A stretch of DNA of 22,897 nt from a bacterium (GTDB lineage Bacteria > SZUA-182 > DTGQ01). The notes under the pieces were generated by a model, which worked only from the letters and a program-made list of their open reading frames with translations, did not search any database and had not been told where the DNA came from. The stretch covers positions 1 through 22,897 of the forward strand of contig JBFMGO010000099.1 in NCBI GenBank assembly GCA_040752695.1, written 5' to 3'. Positions 1-9,262 of the stretch are shown here, one piece after another. The first letter of the stretch is position 1. Every line of letters begins with the position of its first letter. The translations under genes and the position numbers were made by a program.

Positions 1-127
1 CAAAGGAAATCTAGTAAACAGAGGAGAAAAGCTCCTCCTCGAGGGGGGAGATTCCCCATTCTTGGTAAAATTTTCTCCTACAAGAGAGGAGTTTTTAACG
101 CCTCTGGGGATTTATGAATAATCCGGG
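1..127. mobile_element. Probable terminus of an insertion sequence (IS1380-like end), inserted into a histidine kinase gene
   Basis: TTTATGAATAATCCGGG (111-127; reverse complement CCCGGATTATTCATAAA) directly abuts the kinase remnant. No upstream frame encodes the missing kinase N/G1 boxes. The resemblance to IS1380-family ends is from memory and not verified; no transposase is in the window. Confidence 0.45.
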
Positions 128-319
128 ATAGATGAAAAGGACAAACCGAGGATATTCGACCCGTTTTTTACTACGAAAAAGGGAGAAGAGGGGACAGGCA
201 TTGGTTTATCGGTAGTGAAAGAGATTGTTTATATGCATCACGGATGGATTGAATTCGAGAGCGAAGTTAATCAGGGAACCACCTTTTCTATCTATTTACC
301 GCTCTCAAAAGGCCACTGA
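125..319 (+). pseudogene. C-terminal remnant of a sensor histidine kinase (HATPase_c)
   Basis: Manual translation GIDEKDKPRIFDPFFTTKKGEEGTGIGLSVVKEIVYMHHGWIEFESEVNQGTTFSIYLPLSKGH* contains the F box (IFDPFFTTK) and G2 box (GTGIGL). An in-frame TAA at 119-121 lies where the G1 box (DxGxG) should be, and there is no start codon. Confidence 0.85.
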
Positions 320-393
320 TGGCTGACAGTACGGGGAGCCTGTTCGACTGATAGCTGAAACGCGTTTTTTCTCTTTTTAAGGAATCATGTATT

Positions 394-1818
394 ATGGAGC
401 TATTAAAAGAAAAAGAACTTCCGGTTATCCTGATTGTCGAGGATAACGAAACCATGAGAGATACCCTGGAAGTCATTCTGAAAAAAAAATACCGGGTAAT
501 CAAAGTCCCCGATGGAGAGTCTGCCCTTGAGACCATCAAGAATGTTCAGGTTAATCTGGTTCTTTTAGATATTATGTTGCCCGGTATCGATGGCCTTGAG
601 GTACTCAGGATCATCAAGGACCAGTACGAAGATATCGAAGTGATTATGATTACCGTTATCAAGGACCTTGATACAGCAGTAAAAGCCATGAAACTCGGGG
701 CTTACGATTATATTACCAAGGATTTCGAATACGACTCGGTCCTGCACCTGGTAACCAGGGCACTGGAGAAGCAATACGACAAGAAAAGCCTTCTGTATTT
801 CCGGTCGGAAATGAAGCAGCTCTTCAGGAGCGACTTTGTCTTTGGCACGAGCGAGAAGATGAAGGAAATCTACGCCATTATCAAAAAGGTGGCCAAACTT
901 CAGGCCACTGTCTTGATAACGGGTGAGAGTGGTACGGGAAAAGAGCTCATTGCCAGGATGATTTATCAAGAGCGAGATGATCCGACCATTCCCTTTGTAA
1001 CAGTCAACCTGCCCTCGATTCCACAAGAGCTGGTCGAGAGCACCCTTTTCGGTCATGAGAAAGGAGCCTTCACCAGTGCACACAGACAGCATATCGGCAA
1101 ATTTGAACTGGCCCATAAGGGCATTCTGTTTCTGGATGAAATTTCAGAACTGCGGGTCGACCTGCAGGCAAAGCTCCTGCGGGCCTTGCAGGAAGGAGAG
1201 ATAGAGAGAATCGGCGGCAGCAAGGTAATCCATGTGGATGTGAGGTTTATTGCCGCGACCAATAAGGATCTGAAGGAAGCAGTCAAGCAGGGAACCTTCA
1301 GAGAGGACCTCTACTATCGCCTGAATGTTATTCCCATCCACCTGCCTCCCTTGCGGGAGAGAATCCATGATATACCCCAATTAGTCGATTTTTTTATCGC
1401 TAAATATAACAAGAGGTTCAGAAAAGCGGTAAAGATCTGTGATAGTTCCGCACTGGAGGTGTTGAAAAAGTACCATTGGCCCGGAAACATCAGGGAATTG
1501 GAAAACCTCATCGAAAGGCTGGTGGCGGTCACCGAAGAAGACACGATCTCACTCGAAGATATCCCCATAGATTACTATATCCCCTACTTGAATAGTAGCA
1601 CTGAAAACGCGACGGAAGACCTGTTGAAAAGGGCATGCGCAACCTTCGAACGAAGCTTTATCCTCAAGATCATGGAAAGGATGAATGGAAACAGAAGGCT
1701 GACCGCCAAGGTCCTGGGTATTCCCTTGAGCACCCTGAAGTATAAAATGAAACAGCTCGATGTCTACCAGGTGCTCAAGGCACGACGCAACTTTGAAGAG
1801 GACAGGGGCGAGGAGTAG
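394..1818 (+). CDS. NtrC/AtoC-family sigma-54-dependent response regulator (REC-AAA+-HTH)
   Basis: Receiver domain (ILIVED, LLDIMLPG), Walker A GESGTGKE, ESTLFGHEKGAFTSA, Walker B LFLDEI, FREDLYYRLNV, WPGNIREL and a C-terminal Fis-type HTH. Confidence 0.96.
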   Translation: MELLKEKELPVILIVEDNETMRDTLEVILKKKYRVIKVPDGESALETIKNVQVNLVLLDIMLPGIDGLEVLRIIKDQYEDIEVIMITVIKDLDTAVKAMKLGAYDYITKDFEYDSVLHLVTRALEKQYDKKSLLYFRSEMKQLFRSDFVFGTSEKMKEIYAIIKKVAKLQATVLITGESGTGKELIARMIYQERDDPTIPFVTVNLPSIPQELVESTLFGHEKGAFTSAHRQHIGKFELAHKGILFLDEISELRVDLQAKLLRALQEGEIERIGGSKVIHVDVRFIAATNKDLKEAVKQGTFREDLYYRLNVIPIHLPPLRERIHDIPQLVDFFIAKYNKRFRKAVKICDSSALEVLKKYHWPGNIRELENLIERLVAVTEEDTISLEDIPIDYYIPYLNSSTENATEDLLKRACATFERSFILKIMERMNGNRRLTAKVLGIPLSTLKYKMKQLDVYQVLKARRNFEEDRGEE

Positions 1819-1970
1819 ACATAAAGAATGACGATATTACCCTGCCTTTAGGAATGTCTTCCAGAATCTGTTGAGGGCTGGCGGCTTTTTCTTCCCGGTC
1901 TTCGGCCTGAAAATCATACCTTTTAGTAAGGAGATGGAAAAAGTTCGTTTTTCGCATCTATTGCCTTTTA

Positions 1971-1988
1971 CTCTTATGCGCATAAGGG
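1971..1988. terminator. Palindrome between convergent genes, possible terminator hairpin
   Basis: Perfect 14-bp palindrome CTTATGCGCATAAG (1973-1986) just after the PBP1A stop; no clear U-tract. Confidence 0.25.
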
Positions 1989-1992
1989 CAGC

Positions 1993-4392
1993 TTAATCTG
2001 GAGGACTTTCATCTTCTATTTCTACCTCCTGCTCTGTCTCCTGATTGGGATCGACAGACTGGACAGATCGTCGTCTGGCCTGCACTTTGTGGGGAGCTTG
2101 GGAATCGATACTTAAGAACCGATCAGGTGCCAACTGGTGAGCATTACAGGATTGGGTTGGTTCGGTTCCTGTCCGGAAGGCTTCCACGATAACGTTTTCG
2201 CAATCATCTGTGGCTAAGAGGCCGGTATCTGCGTCTATACTCTCGAAGGTGATCCCACCGGGAACGGGAAAGTCATTTATGGGCATACTGGCCAGGGCTC
2301 TATCCATAAAGTCTACCCAGATAGGGCACGCTGCCTTGGCTCCGGTTTCCCGCTCTCCGATGCTCTTGTATTCATCGAAACCCACCCATACGCCCACCAC
2401 CAGATCGGGACTGAATCCGATAAACCAGGCATCCACGTAATCGTTCGTCGTACCTGTTTTACCTGCCAGGGGCCTGCCCAGGCGCTTGGCCCGCCATCCG
2501 GTGCCATGCTGAACCACACCGAGCAGCAGGGAAGTAATCAGATAATTGGTTTGGCTGTCCAATACCCGACGGGGAAAGGGCTCATGCTTCTCCAGGGATT
2601 CTCCTTTATCGTTGAGGATGGACTTAATGGCCAGGGGAGGAGTGAACATTCCCTGATTGGCAAAGGTTCCGTAAGCAGCGGTGATCTCCATGAGCGAGAC
2701 GCCTGATGTGCCCAGAGCCAGAGAAAGATCGTGACTCAAGGGAGATGTCACCCCCATCTTCTTGGCCAGATTCATGACGTGGTCAATACCCACCGAATCC
2801 AGGAGTTTCACGGTGACCACATTGCTGGAGCGCTCCAGGGCCTTGCGTATGGTGGTGGGACCGCTGAATTTTCCTGAATAGTTCTCCGGTTTCCACCCTT
2901 TTGCCTGAATGCCATCCTTATAGATTATGGGGGAATCGATAATAATATCGGCCAGGGTTCTCCCCTCCAGAATGGCTGCGGTGTATATGAAGGGCTTAAA
3001 TGCGGAGCCCGGCTGCCTGCGCGCCTGGACTGCCCTGTTAAACTGGCTCAGAAAAAAGTCATATCCGCCGACCAGTGCCTTGATATACCCTGTCTTTGGG
3101 TCCAGAGCCACCAGTGCGCCCTGAACAGCAGGTTCCTGCTCCAGCGACAGAATCAGGTCGCCTTGAGGTTTGCCTTCCTTGATTTTCGGATATTTCCTGA
3201 TCCGAACAAAGACCTTGTCTCCGGTTTTCAAAATCTCAGCCGGACGGTTTGCCCTGGTCCATTGCATGTTTTTCCAGGGGATCACTCCCCGATAGCCTGC
3301 GACATCTACCAGAATGTCTTCGGCCCGCACAGTGCTGACCTGCCCCAGGAGCATTCCGGACAAAGGGTTACCTTGTTCGATGGCCTGCTTGATTCTTTCC
3401 ATCTCAAGGTCGGAATACTCCCTGCCGGCAGGGACGGGTCGATATCCCTGTCGCTTGCCGAGCTCTTCGAGGCCGCGCCGCAAAGCGGACTGGGCAATTT
3501 TTTGCAGCTTCACGTCCAGGGTCGTATAAACCTGTAACCCGCCTTTGTACAGATCGGACGTCCCATATTTTTTTTGTAATTCCTGACGCACATATTCGAC
3601 GAAGTAAGGGGCGAGATTTTTATCCTCTTCTTTTTGAAACTGAAAAGAATAACGCAGAGCTGACTGGTATTGCTCCTCGTTAATGAATCCTTCTTCTTTC
3701 ATTCTTCTCAAGACCACCCGGCACCTTTTTTTGGCCAGCTCTGCATTGCAGAAAGGGGAATATTTGCTTGGCGCCCGGATTAACCCTGCCAGAAGAGCAG
3801 CCTCAGGCAGGTTCACATCCATGGCTTTTTTCCCGAAATAGGCTTTTGCAGCAGCTTCTACCCCATAAGCGCTGTGTCCGAGGTAAATATGATTGAGGTA
3901 TAATTCCAGGATTTCCTGTTTGGAATATTTCTTCTCGATCTTATAGGCCAGGAGTATCTCTTTCACCTTCCGTAATACGGTTTTCTGAGGGTAGAGAAAT
4001 ACCAGTCTGGTCACCTGCTGAGTAATCGTACTGGCCCCTTCGACAAACCTGCCCGCCAGGATATTCCTGTAGAGGGCACTCAAAATGCGGGGCCAATAGA
4101 TCCCGTTGTGCTGATAGAAATTGACATCCTCGGTAGACAGGATTGCCTTAATGAGATTTGGATTGACTTCAGAAAGGGGAATGGGGATTCGCTTTTCAAG
4201 GCAAAAGTTGGCTATCTGCTTGTTATTTTCTGCATAAATTCGGGTGGTTTGTCCGGGGTTATACTCCCGCATGAAATCGATATCGGGCAGGGTGCGGGCT
4301 ACCTGGTAAACATACCCGATGCCAACACCAGTCGCAATGACCGACAAAAGCAGGAAAATAAAACCTGCATAGATAAGCTTATTGTGCATCAC
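1993..4392 (-). CDS. mrcA: Class A penicillin-binding protein 1A (transglycosylase/transpeptidase)
   Basis: N-terminal TM segment, GT51 motifs (EDVNFYQHNG, GASTITQQ, RKVKE, LELYLN) and transpeptidase motifs SAFK, SSN and KTG. Confidence 0.93.
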   Translation of the reverse strand: MMHNKLIYAGFIFLLLSVIATGVGIGYVYQVARTLPDIDFMREYNPGQTTRIYAENNKQIANFCLEKRIPIPLSEVNPNLIKAILSTEDVNFYQHNGIYWPRILSALYRNILAGRFVEGASTITQQVTRLVFLYPQKTVLRKVKEILLAYKIEKKYSKQEILELYLNHIYLGHSAYGVEAAAKAYFGKKAMDVNLPEAALLAGLIRAPSKYSPFCNAELAKKRCRVVLRRMKEEGFINEEQYQSALRYSFQFQKEEDKNLAPYFVEYVRQELQKKYGTSDLYKGGLQVYTTLDVKLQKIAQSALRRGLEELGKRQGYRPVPAGREYSDLEMERIKQAIEQGNPLSGMLLGQVSTVRAEDILVDVAGYRGVIPWKNMQWTRANRPAEILKTGDKVFVRIRKYPKIKEGKPQGDLILSLEQEPAVQGALVALDPKTGYIKALVGGYDFFLSQFNRAVQARRQPGSAFKPFIYTAAILEGRTLADIIIDSPIIYKDGIQAKGWKPENYSGKFSGPTTIRKALERSSNVVTVKLLDSVGIDHVMNLAKKMGVTSPLSHDLSLALGTSGVSLMEITAAYGTFANQGMFTPPLAIKSILNDKGESLEKHEPFPRRVLDSQTNYLITSLLLGVVQHGTGWRAKRLGRPLAGKTGTTNDYVDAWFIGFSPDLVVGVWVGFDEYKSIGERETGAKAACPIWVDFMDRALASMPINDFPVPGGITFESIDADTGLLATDDCENVIVEAFRTGTEPTQSCNAHQLAPDRFLSIDSQAPHKVQARRRSVQSVDPNQETEQEVEIEDESPPD

Positions 4393-4780
4393 TCATAACC
4401 CCGGCGACCAATTCCTTGAGCTTATCCAGATCCAGGGGTTTTTTCATATATTCAAAGGCACCTAAACTCATCACTTTGATATAAGAAGCTACTTCCTCAT
4501 AAGCAGTCACGATAATAACCTTGATCAGAGGATTTTGATCCCGGATCAGTTCCAACAAGGCGATTCCATTCAGTATCGGCATTCTCAGGTCAGAAATGAT
4601 CAGCCGAACATCATGTTTTTTTGCCAGACAAAAGGCATCCTCGCCGTCGCAGGCAGCAAGTACAGCGTAACCTTCTTCTTCCAGAATACTTTTCAGGGCT
4701 GCACGAAACTCTTCATCATCATCAACTACTAAGATATAAGGCACGATGTCACTGTCAGGCTTGTTGTTGGGATGACTCAT
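4379..4780 (-). CDS. Stand-alone response regulator receiver (CheY-like)
   Basis: ILVVDDD, ISDLRMP (phospho-Asp), IVTAY and KP motifs; no output domain. ATG 4780 chosen as start (alternative TTG 4792). Confidence 0.9.
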   Translation of the reverse strand: MSHPNNKPDSDIVPYILVVDDDEEFRAALKSILEEEGYAVLAACDGEDAFCLAKKHDVRLIISDLRMPILNGIALLELIRDQNPLIKVIIVTAYEEVASYIKVMSLGAFEYMKKPLDLDKLKELVAGVMSDAQ

Positions 4781-5210
4781 CTTTTCTTCCAATACTTTTA
4801 ACCAGAAATTCTTTCAGTACCCGGTACACATATTCTCCTTTCGTAAGTGCATCCATGCCCTCGGCTTCTCCATAAACCTTCGAGGGAACCCATAAAGGCA
4901 AATCCTTCCGTTGATAGAGAGGAAACCGCGTTCTTGCTCCATGCTTTTCCAGTGAGGTAATTGCCTCGTAAATTTTATCGATGTCGGGAATATCCTTCTG
5001 AAAAACAGCCACAAAAAGGGTAGATGTTTTATGATCCCTGGTGACTACATTGCGCAGAGTCAAGCATCCTTTGGTTATCTTCTCTACCGCTTCCTGAGAG
5101 AAATGAATGGTCCGGCTATAAAGACCATTCACATAGGTCAGTCTCGCAGCCTGAATATCGATTTCGCTTTCTAGTAGATATGCCTCTGCAATATCTTTCG
5201 GATCGTGCAT
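4755..5210 (-). CDS. HEPN-domain protein (HEPN/MNT-associated type), no adjacent nucleotidyltransferase
   Basis: Pattern DIQAA..GLY..F.QEAVEK..K..L...H...L...RFP...P...Y...A matches the 'QQAxEKxLKA...H...RYP' HEPN family. SD AAGGAG lies 8 nt upstream. Confidence 0.8.
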   Translation of the reverse strand: MHDPKDIAEAYLLESEIDIQAARLTYVNGLYSRTIHFSQEAVEKITKGCLTLRNVVTRDHKTSTLFVAVFQKDIPDIDKIYEAITSLEKHGARTRFPLYQRKDLPLWVPSKVYGEAEGMDALTKGEYVYRVLKEFLVKSIGRKDESSQQQA

Positions 5211-5274
5211 GTATTTTTCTCCTTTAACTTTAAAGACCTTTTACCTTCATATAGCCGCAGGCTAAGAAAATTCA

Positions 5275-5303
5275 ATTATCACAAATAGATAATACATTGT
5301 CAA
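5275..5303 (-). promoter_or_regulatory. Sigma-70 promoter for HEPN-receiver-mrcA
   Basis: TTGACA (5303-5298), 17-bp spacer, GATAAT (5280-5275) with an extended -10 TG. Confidence 0.75.
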
Positions 5304-5331
5304 GAGGTAATTTTTTCCCTTCCCGCCAAGC

Positions 5332-6192
5332 TTACTTTCGATCGTCGATATAATCGAGGGGATCAGCCTGATTATTCTCCGCAAAGCCCCTCCTTCTGAT
5401 CCGGCAGCTATCACATCGTCCGCAGGGTCTTCCCGACGATGGATCTGGATCGTAACAACTGGAGGTCAGACGATAATCCACGCCCAAAGATAATCCTTTG
5501 GCAATGATCTGTCTTTTATTCAGATCGATTAAAGGAGTATGAATCGTGATCCGGCCTTTTCCTTCAATCCCCATACGGGTAGCCAGATTGGCAGTTTGCT
5601 GAAAGGAGTTGATAAATGCGGGTCTGCAATCCGGATAACCTGAATAATCTATGGCGTTTACTCCGATAAAAATATCCTCCATGTTTTTTGACTCTGCCCA
5701 GGCTACAGCTACGGAAAGGAAAATGAGATTGCGGCCAGGGACATAGGTCACCGGGATACCGGTTTCTTCAACCGGCCGGTCCAGCGGCACTGCTATTTCA
5801 TCGGTCAAAGCGGACCCGCCGATCGTTCGAAGATTCAACGAAAGTATTAAATGCTCCCGGACCTTGAAAAAGGCAGCCGCTTTCCTGGCGCATTCCAGCT
5901 CGTACCGGTTTTTCTGCCCATAATCAAAACTCAGTGGATAGACCTCAAATCCCCGCTCCCGCGCAATAGCCAGGGTTGTGGTCGAATCAACTCCTCCGCT
6001 CAAGAGCACAACCGCTCCTTTGCGATCCATCGCTCCTTCGGGGTCCGCCGCTCCTTCGGGGTCTGCCGCTCCTTCGGGGTCTGCCGCCCCCTTAAGGTCA
6101 TTTGTCTCTTTGAAGTCATTCGCTCCTTTAAGATCAGCCGTTTCTTTGGCATCCATCGCTTCCCTGCAACCTCTCTCCCTTTTACGGTCCAT
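5332..6192 (-). CDS. queC: 7-cyano-7-deazaguanine synthase QueC with a 54-aa repeat-derived N-terminal extension
   Basis: [31 protein letters not shown] and zinc site CY...CGRCDSC. Start overlaps the queE stop (TAATG). Confidence 0.95.
   Translation of the reverse strand: MDRKRERGCREAMDAKETADLKGANDFKETNDLKGAADPEGAADPEGAADPEGAMDRKGAVVLLSGGVDSTTTLAIARERGFEVYPLSFDYGQKNRYELECARKAAAFFKVREHLILSLNLRTIGGSALTDEIAVPLDRPVEETGIPVTYVPGRNLIFLSVAVAWAESKNMEDIFIGVNAIDYSGYPDCRPAFINSFQQTANLATRMGIEGKGRITIHTPLIDLNKRQIIAKGLSLGVDYRLTSSCYDPDPSSGRPCGRCDSCRIRRRGFAENNQADPLDYIDDRK
6013..6192. repeat. Ten degenerate 18-bp tandem units at the 5' end of queC
   Basis: Units encode [42 protein letters not shown] x3/MDRKGA; the three CGCTCCTTCGGGGTCYGC copies span 6031-6084. 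Confidence 0.9.
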
Positions 6193-6830
6193 TATCGGCC
6201 TCGTGCCTCCTTTCCCCAGATCAGCTTATGCATTTGCACCTGTAACCGGACCGGAAGATTATGCTCAATAATCCAATCGGCAAGAATCGAAGCCTCGATC
6301 CGGCCGAATACCGGTGAAAAAAGAACCCGGCAGATATCTCCCAACCGGCGGCTCTCTACCATCCGGGTAGCCCACTCAAGGTCGGCCTGGTCGGAAATGA
6401 CGAACTTTACCTCATCCTGAGGCAGTAACCTTTCCAGGTTCTCCCAATAGATTCGGTGATTTTCTCCACTGCCAGGGCACTTTAAATCCACTATCCTGAT
6501 AACGCCCGCAGGCACCCCGGCTATATCGAGACTCCCATTGGTTTCCAGCAAAACGGTGTGCCCGGCCTGCATGAGCCGATCCATGAGCTCAAAACTCTCC
6601 TCCTGCAACAGAGGCTCTCCTCCGGTCAAGAGGAAAAGACCGGTTTTGTAGCGCTCCACATGGGCGCATATTTCATCTATAGTCCAGGGTGAGTATTCAT
6701 CGTAGGCATAGCGAGTATCACAATACTCACAGCGCAGATTGCATCCGGCCAGACGGATGATTCCGCAGACGCATCCTGCCCATGTCGATTCGCCCTGAAT
6801 GCTTTTAAAAATTTCATTTACCCGCAACAT
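6192..6830 (-). CDS. queE: 7-carboxy-7-deazaguanine synthase QueE (radical SAM)
   Basis: [23 protein letters not shown] (CxxxCxxC), [12 protein letters not shown] and QMHKLIW; adjacent to queC. Confidence 0.93.
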   Translation of the reverse strand: MLRVNEIFKSIQGESTWAGCVCGIIRLAGCNLRCEYCDTRYAYDEYSPWTIDEICAHVERYKTGLFLLTGGEPLLQEESFELMDRLMQAGHTVLLETNGSLDIAGVPAGVIRIVDLKCPGSGENHRIYWENLERLLPQDEVKFVISDQADLEWATRMVESRRLGDICRVLFSPVFGRIEASILADWIIEHNLPVRLQVQMHKLIWGKEARGR

Positions 6831-6843
6831 CGATCTTTTGCCC

Positions 6844-7551
6844 TCACCTATCCCCCAGACACTTCAAGTAAAGGCCCAGAGCCTGTATATTTGCCTTTGC
6901 AGCCTGCCTGCAATAACGATAAAGCGCAGCCCATTGCAAAGACTCCGCTCCTTGGGCAGGGTCCTGCATCGCTGCCGCCTTTTTACTTCCGCTATCCTCC
7001 GGCACCTGGAAAGAGAGCTCATCAGAAACAGCCCGCAGAATCATGACAGGGATATGCCGCTCCTGGCAAAGTTCAGCGATATGGAATGATTCCATATCCA
7101 CGGCCAGGGCTTCAGGGTATTGCTGCCGAAGGCTCCGCTTCTTTTCTCTGTTCGCCGCCTGGCTTACCGTCAATAAGGTGCCAAGAGAGAAGGACTCAAT
7201 GGCAGACAGCCCATTCATCAAGGGAGCATCCGTCATCAGTGATAAATACCGCGCCCCGCCATCGTCAGCAACCTCACAGACTTTCCGGGCAGCCACGATC
7301 GAGCCGACCTCTAAAGAGGGATTCAGCGCCCCGGCCAATCCTATATTAATGACAAAACAATCCCGATCACACCGGAGCAAAGCCTTGTTTAAGGTTTTTT
7401 TTGCCTTCTCTTTACCGACCCCGGTTTTTATGACCTGGACTGGATGTTGGCCGTATTTCCCTTCCCAGAGCCAGGAGGTAACTTTCTTTATATCACCGCC
7501 GCTGATCAACTCCTGGATTTCCATGTATAAAGCGCCTGCAATTATGATCAT
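6844..7551 (-). CDS. Nucleoside phosphorylase/hydrolase (PNP_UDP_1; MTA/SAH nucleosidase- or HpnG-like)
   Basis: GALYME, TGVGKEKA, INIGLAGAL, AVDMES and LRAVSD motifs. Start uncertain (7551, 7557 or 7560). Confidence 0.82.
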   Translation of the reverse strand: MIIIAGALYMEIQELISGGDIKKVTSWLWEGKYGQHPVQVIKTGVGKEKAKKTLNKALLRCDRDCFVINIGLAGALNPSLEVGSIVAARKVCEVADDGGARYLSLMTDAPLMNGLSAIESFSLGTLLTVSQAANREKKRSLRQQYPEALAVDMESFHIAELCQERHIPVMILRAVSDELSFQVPEDSGSKKAAAMQDPAQGAESLQWAALYRYCRQAAKANIQALGLYLKCLGDR

Positions 7552-7589
7552 TATCATCAATCATTATCATTCATCATTATCATCAATCA
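7551..7589. repeat. Three 13-bp tandem units over the nucleosidase start
   Basis: TTATCATCAATCA / TTATCATTCATCA / TTATCATCAATCA. Confidence 0.85.
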
Positions 7590-7619
7590 GGAAATGGTCA
7601 CTTCTCTCTCTTCTACGAC

Positions 7620-7661
7620 AATAAAATGCCCTTGTACGAAAGGCGCCCGCAAGGGGCGACC
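7620..7661 (-). terminator. Two overlapping hairpins followed by a U-rich tract downstream of purF
   Basis: mRNA GGUCGCCCC-UUGC-GGGCGCC overlaps GCCUUU-CGUAC-AAGGGC-AUUUUAUU. Confidence 0.35.
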
Positions 7662-7739
7662 ATCAATTACTGAGCAGCTCCGATGGCTGCCACTGGCTGT
7701 TACAAACCATTGTCAGCTATTGCTGGCCATTGCTGGTTG

Positions 7740-9140
7740 TTACTCTCTATGCCGATTGACCTGTGTGATTTCCTCGCCTGGAAAACTGATTGGGTATTCT
7801 CCCGTAAAGCAGGCATGGCAGATATCGTTCTTATCTGAACAGCCGAGCGCATTTTTCATACCCTCTATACTGAGATACTCAAGGCTGTCGGAGGTAACAT
7901 ACCGGCAAATCTCCTCGACGGAATGGGTAGAGGCTATAAGTTCCTTACGGGTAGGCATGTCGATCCCATAAAAACACGGGTATCTCACCGGCGGAGAGGC
8001 GATTCGCATATGGACCTCTTGAGCTCCGGCGGCCTGGACCATTTTCACGATCTTTCGGCTGGTAGTGGCCCGAACGAGTGAATCGTCGATGATTACCACC
8101 CGTTTTCCACGAAGGACATCCTTGACCGCGTTGAGCTTTACTTTGACGCCGAAATGGCGGATAGACTGCCTGGGCTCAATGAATGTCCGGCCTACATAGC
8201 GGTTTCGAATCAATCCCATATCGTAGACGATACCTGCCTCTTCCGAGAACCCCAGGGCAGCACTGGTTCCTGAGTCGGGTATGGATATAACCAGGTCCGC
8301 ATCGACTTTTGTTTCCCTGGCGAGTTGTCTGCCGAATTCCGCTCGAACCACATGCACATTTTTCCCGCGAAGGACACTATCGGGCCGGGCAAAGTAAATA
8401 TATTCGAAAACGCAAAATTTCTCTGGTTGCGGAGTCAGGGGCTTTTGGCTGAAGGCTCCGTGGCGGTTAATGATCAGCATCTCACCCGGTTCAATTTCCC
8501 GGACGAATTGGGCCTCGATCAAATCGAGGGCGCAGGTTTCCGAGACTATGACCGGCGCACCTCCGAGTGATCCTAAGCACAAGGGACGAAAGCCGTAGGG
8601 GTCCCGTACCGCAATCAGTTCATCATCCTTGAGAAACAAAAGTGAATAAGCTCCGTTGATTTTTTGCAGGGCGTCGATAATGCGATCGGCAAACGATTTC
8701 TGACGCGACCGGGCTATGAGATGGACAATAACCTCGCTGTCCGATGTGGATTGAAAGATGGATCCCTCTTCCACCAGGCTTTCCCGAATCTGTAAGGCAT
8801 TGACAATATTGCCGTTATGCGCTACAGCCATCAATCCGTCGCTATACCTTACCACAAGAGGCTGGGCCTCTATGATGCTGCTGTCACCGGCTGTGGAATA
8901 GCGCACATGCCCGACCGCTATATCTCCGGACAGCCGCTCCAGCCGCTCTTCTGTAAATACATCGGCCGCATGGCCCATACCACGTTCTATCTTCATCTCA
9001 TGGCCGTCCCATGAGATGATGCCCGCACTTTCCTGGCCTCGATGCTGAAGTGCATAGAGCCCCAGATAAGCAAGTTTTGCGGCCTCGGGGGCTCTATAGA
9101 TGCCCACCAGGCCACAGTACTCCTTCAACTTTCCATGCAT
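7740..9140 (-). CDS. purF: Amidophosphoribosyltransferase (propeptide- and Fe-S-containing type)
   Basis: Short propeptide then CG nucleophile, [26 protein letters not shown] loop [11 protein letters not shown], and Cys in CVFEY, PCFYG, CHAC. Confidence 0.97.
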   Translation of the reverse strand: MHGKLKEYCGLVGIYRAPEAAKLAYLGLYALQHRGQESAGIISWDGHEMKIERGMGHAADVFTEERLERLSGDIAVGHVRYSTAGDSSIIEAQPLVVRYSDGLMAVAHNGNIVNALQIRESLVEEGSIFQSTSDSEVIVHLIARSRQKSFADRIIDALQKINGAYSLLFLKDDELIAVRDPYGFRPLCLGSLGGAPVIVSETCALDLIEAQFVREIEPGEMLIINRHGAFSQKPLTPQPEKFCVFEYIYFARPDSVLRGKNVHVVRAEFGRQLARETKVDADLVISIPDSGTSAALGFSEEAGIVYDMGLIRNRYVGRTFIEPRQSIRHFGVKVKLNAVKDVLRGKRVVIIDDSLVRATTSRKIVKMVQAAGAQEVHMRIASPPVRYPCFYGIDMPTRKELIASTHSVEEICRYVTSDSLEYLSIEGMKNALGCSDKNDICHACFTGEYPISFPGEEITQVNRHRE

Positions 9141-9202
9141 AATATTTTTCTTTGACCTTCTTCCCCTGGAAAACTTCTCTCTAAGCTAATCTTCTGCCTT
9201 AC

Positions 9203-9262
9203 TGTCTTTTCACCTGGATGGCTTTTCCCTGGATGGCTTTTCACTTAAGATGTCTTTTCACC
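9203..9262. repeat. Tandem copies of the purC 3' end
   Basis: CCTGGATGGCTTTTC twice, perfect (9213-9242); TGTCTTTTCACC at 9203-9214 is identical to 9251-9262 inside purC. Confidence 0.8.

Noticed and set aside
320..393. Sigma-54 (-24/-12) promoter near the NtrC-like gene
   Set aside because: No TGGCAC-N5-TTGC match was seen here or in the queC-HEPN spacer; other spacers were not scanned systematically.
1775..1957. 60-aa ORF downstream of mrcA
   Set aside because: Weak SD, overlaps the convergent regulator by 44 bp, and has no recognisable motif. It cannot be excluded but is unsupported.
6831..7739. preQ1 riboswitch ahead of the que genes
   Set aside because: No P1 stem-loop with the characteristic A-rich tail was found by eye; an Rfam scan would settle it.
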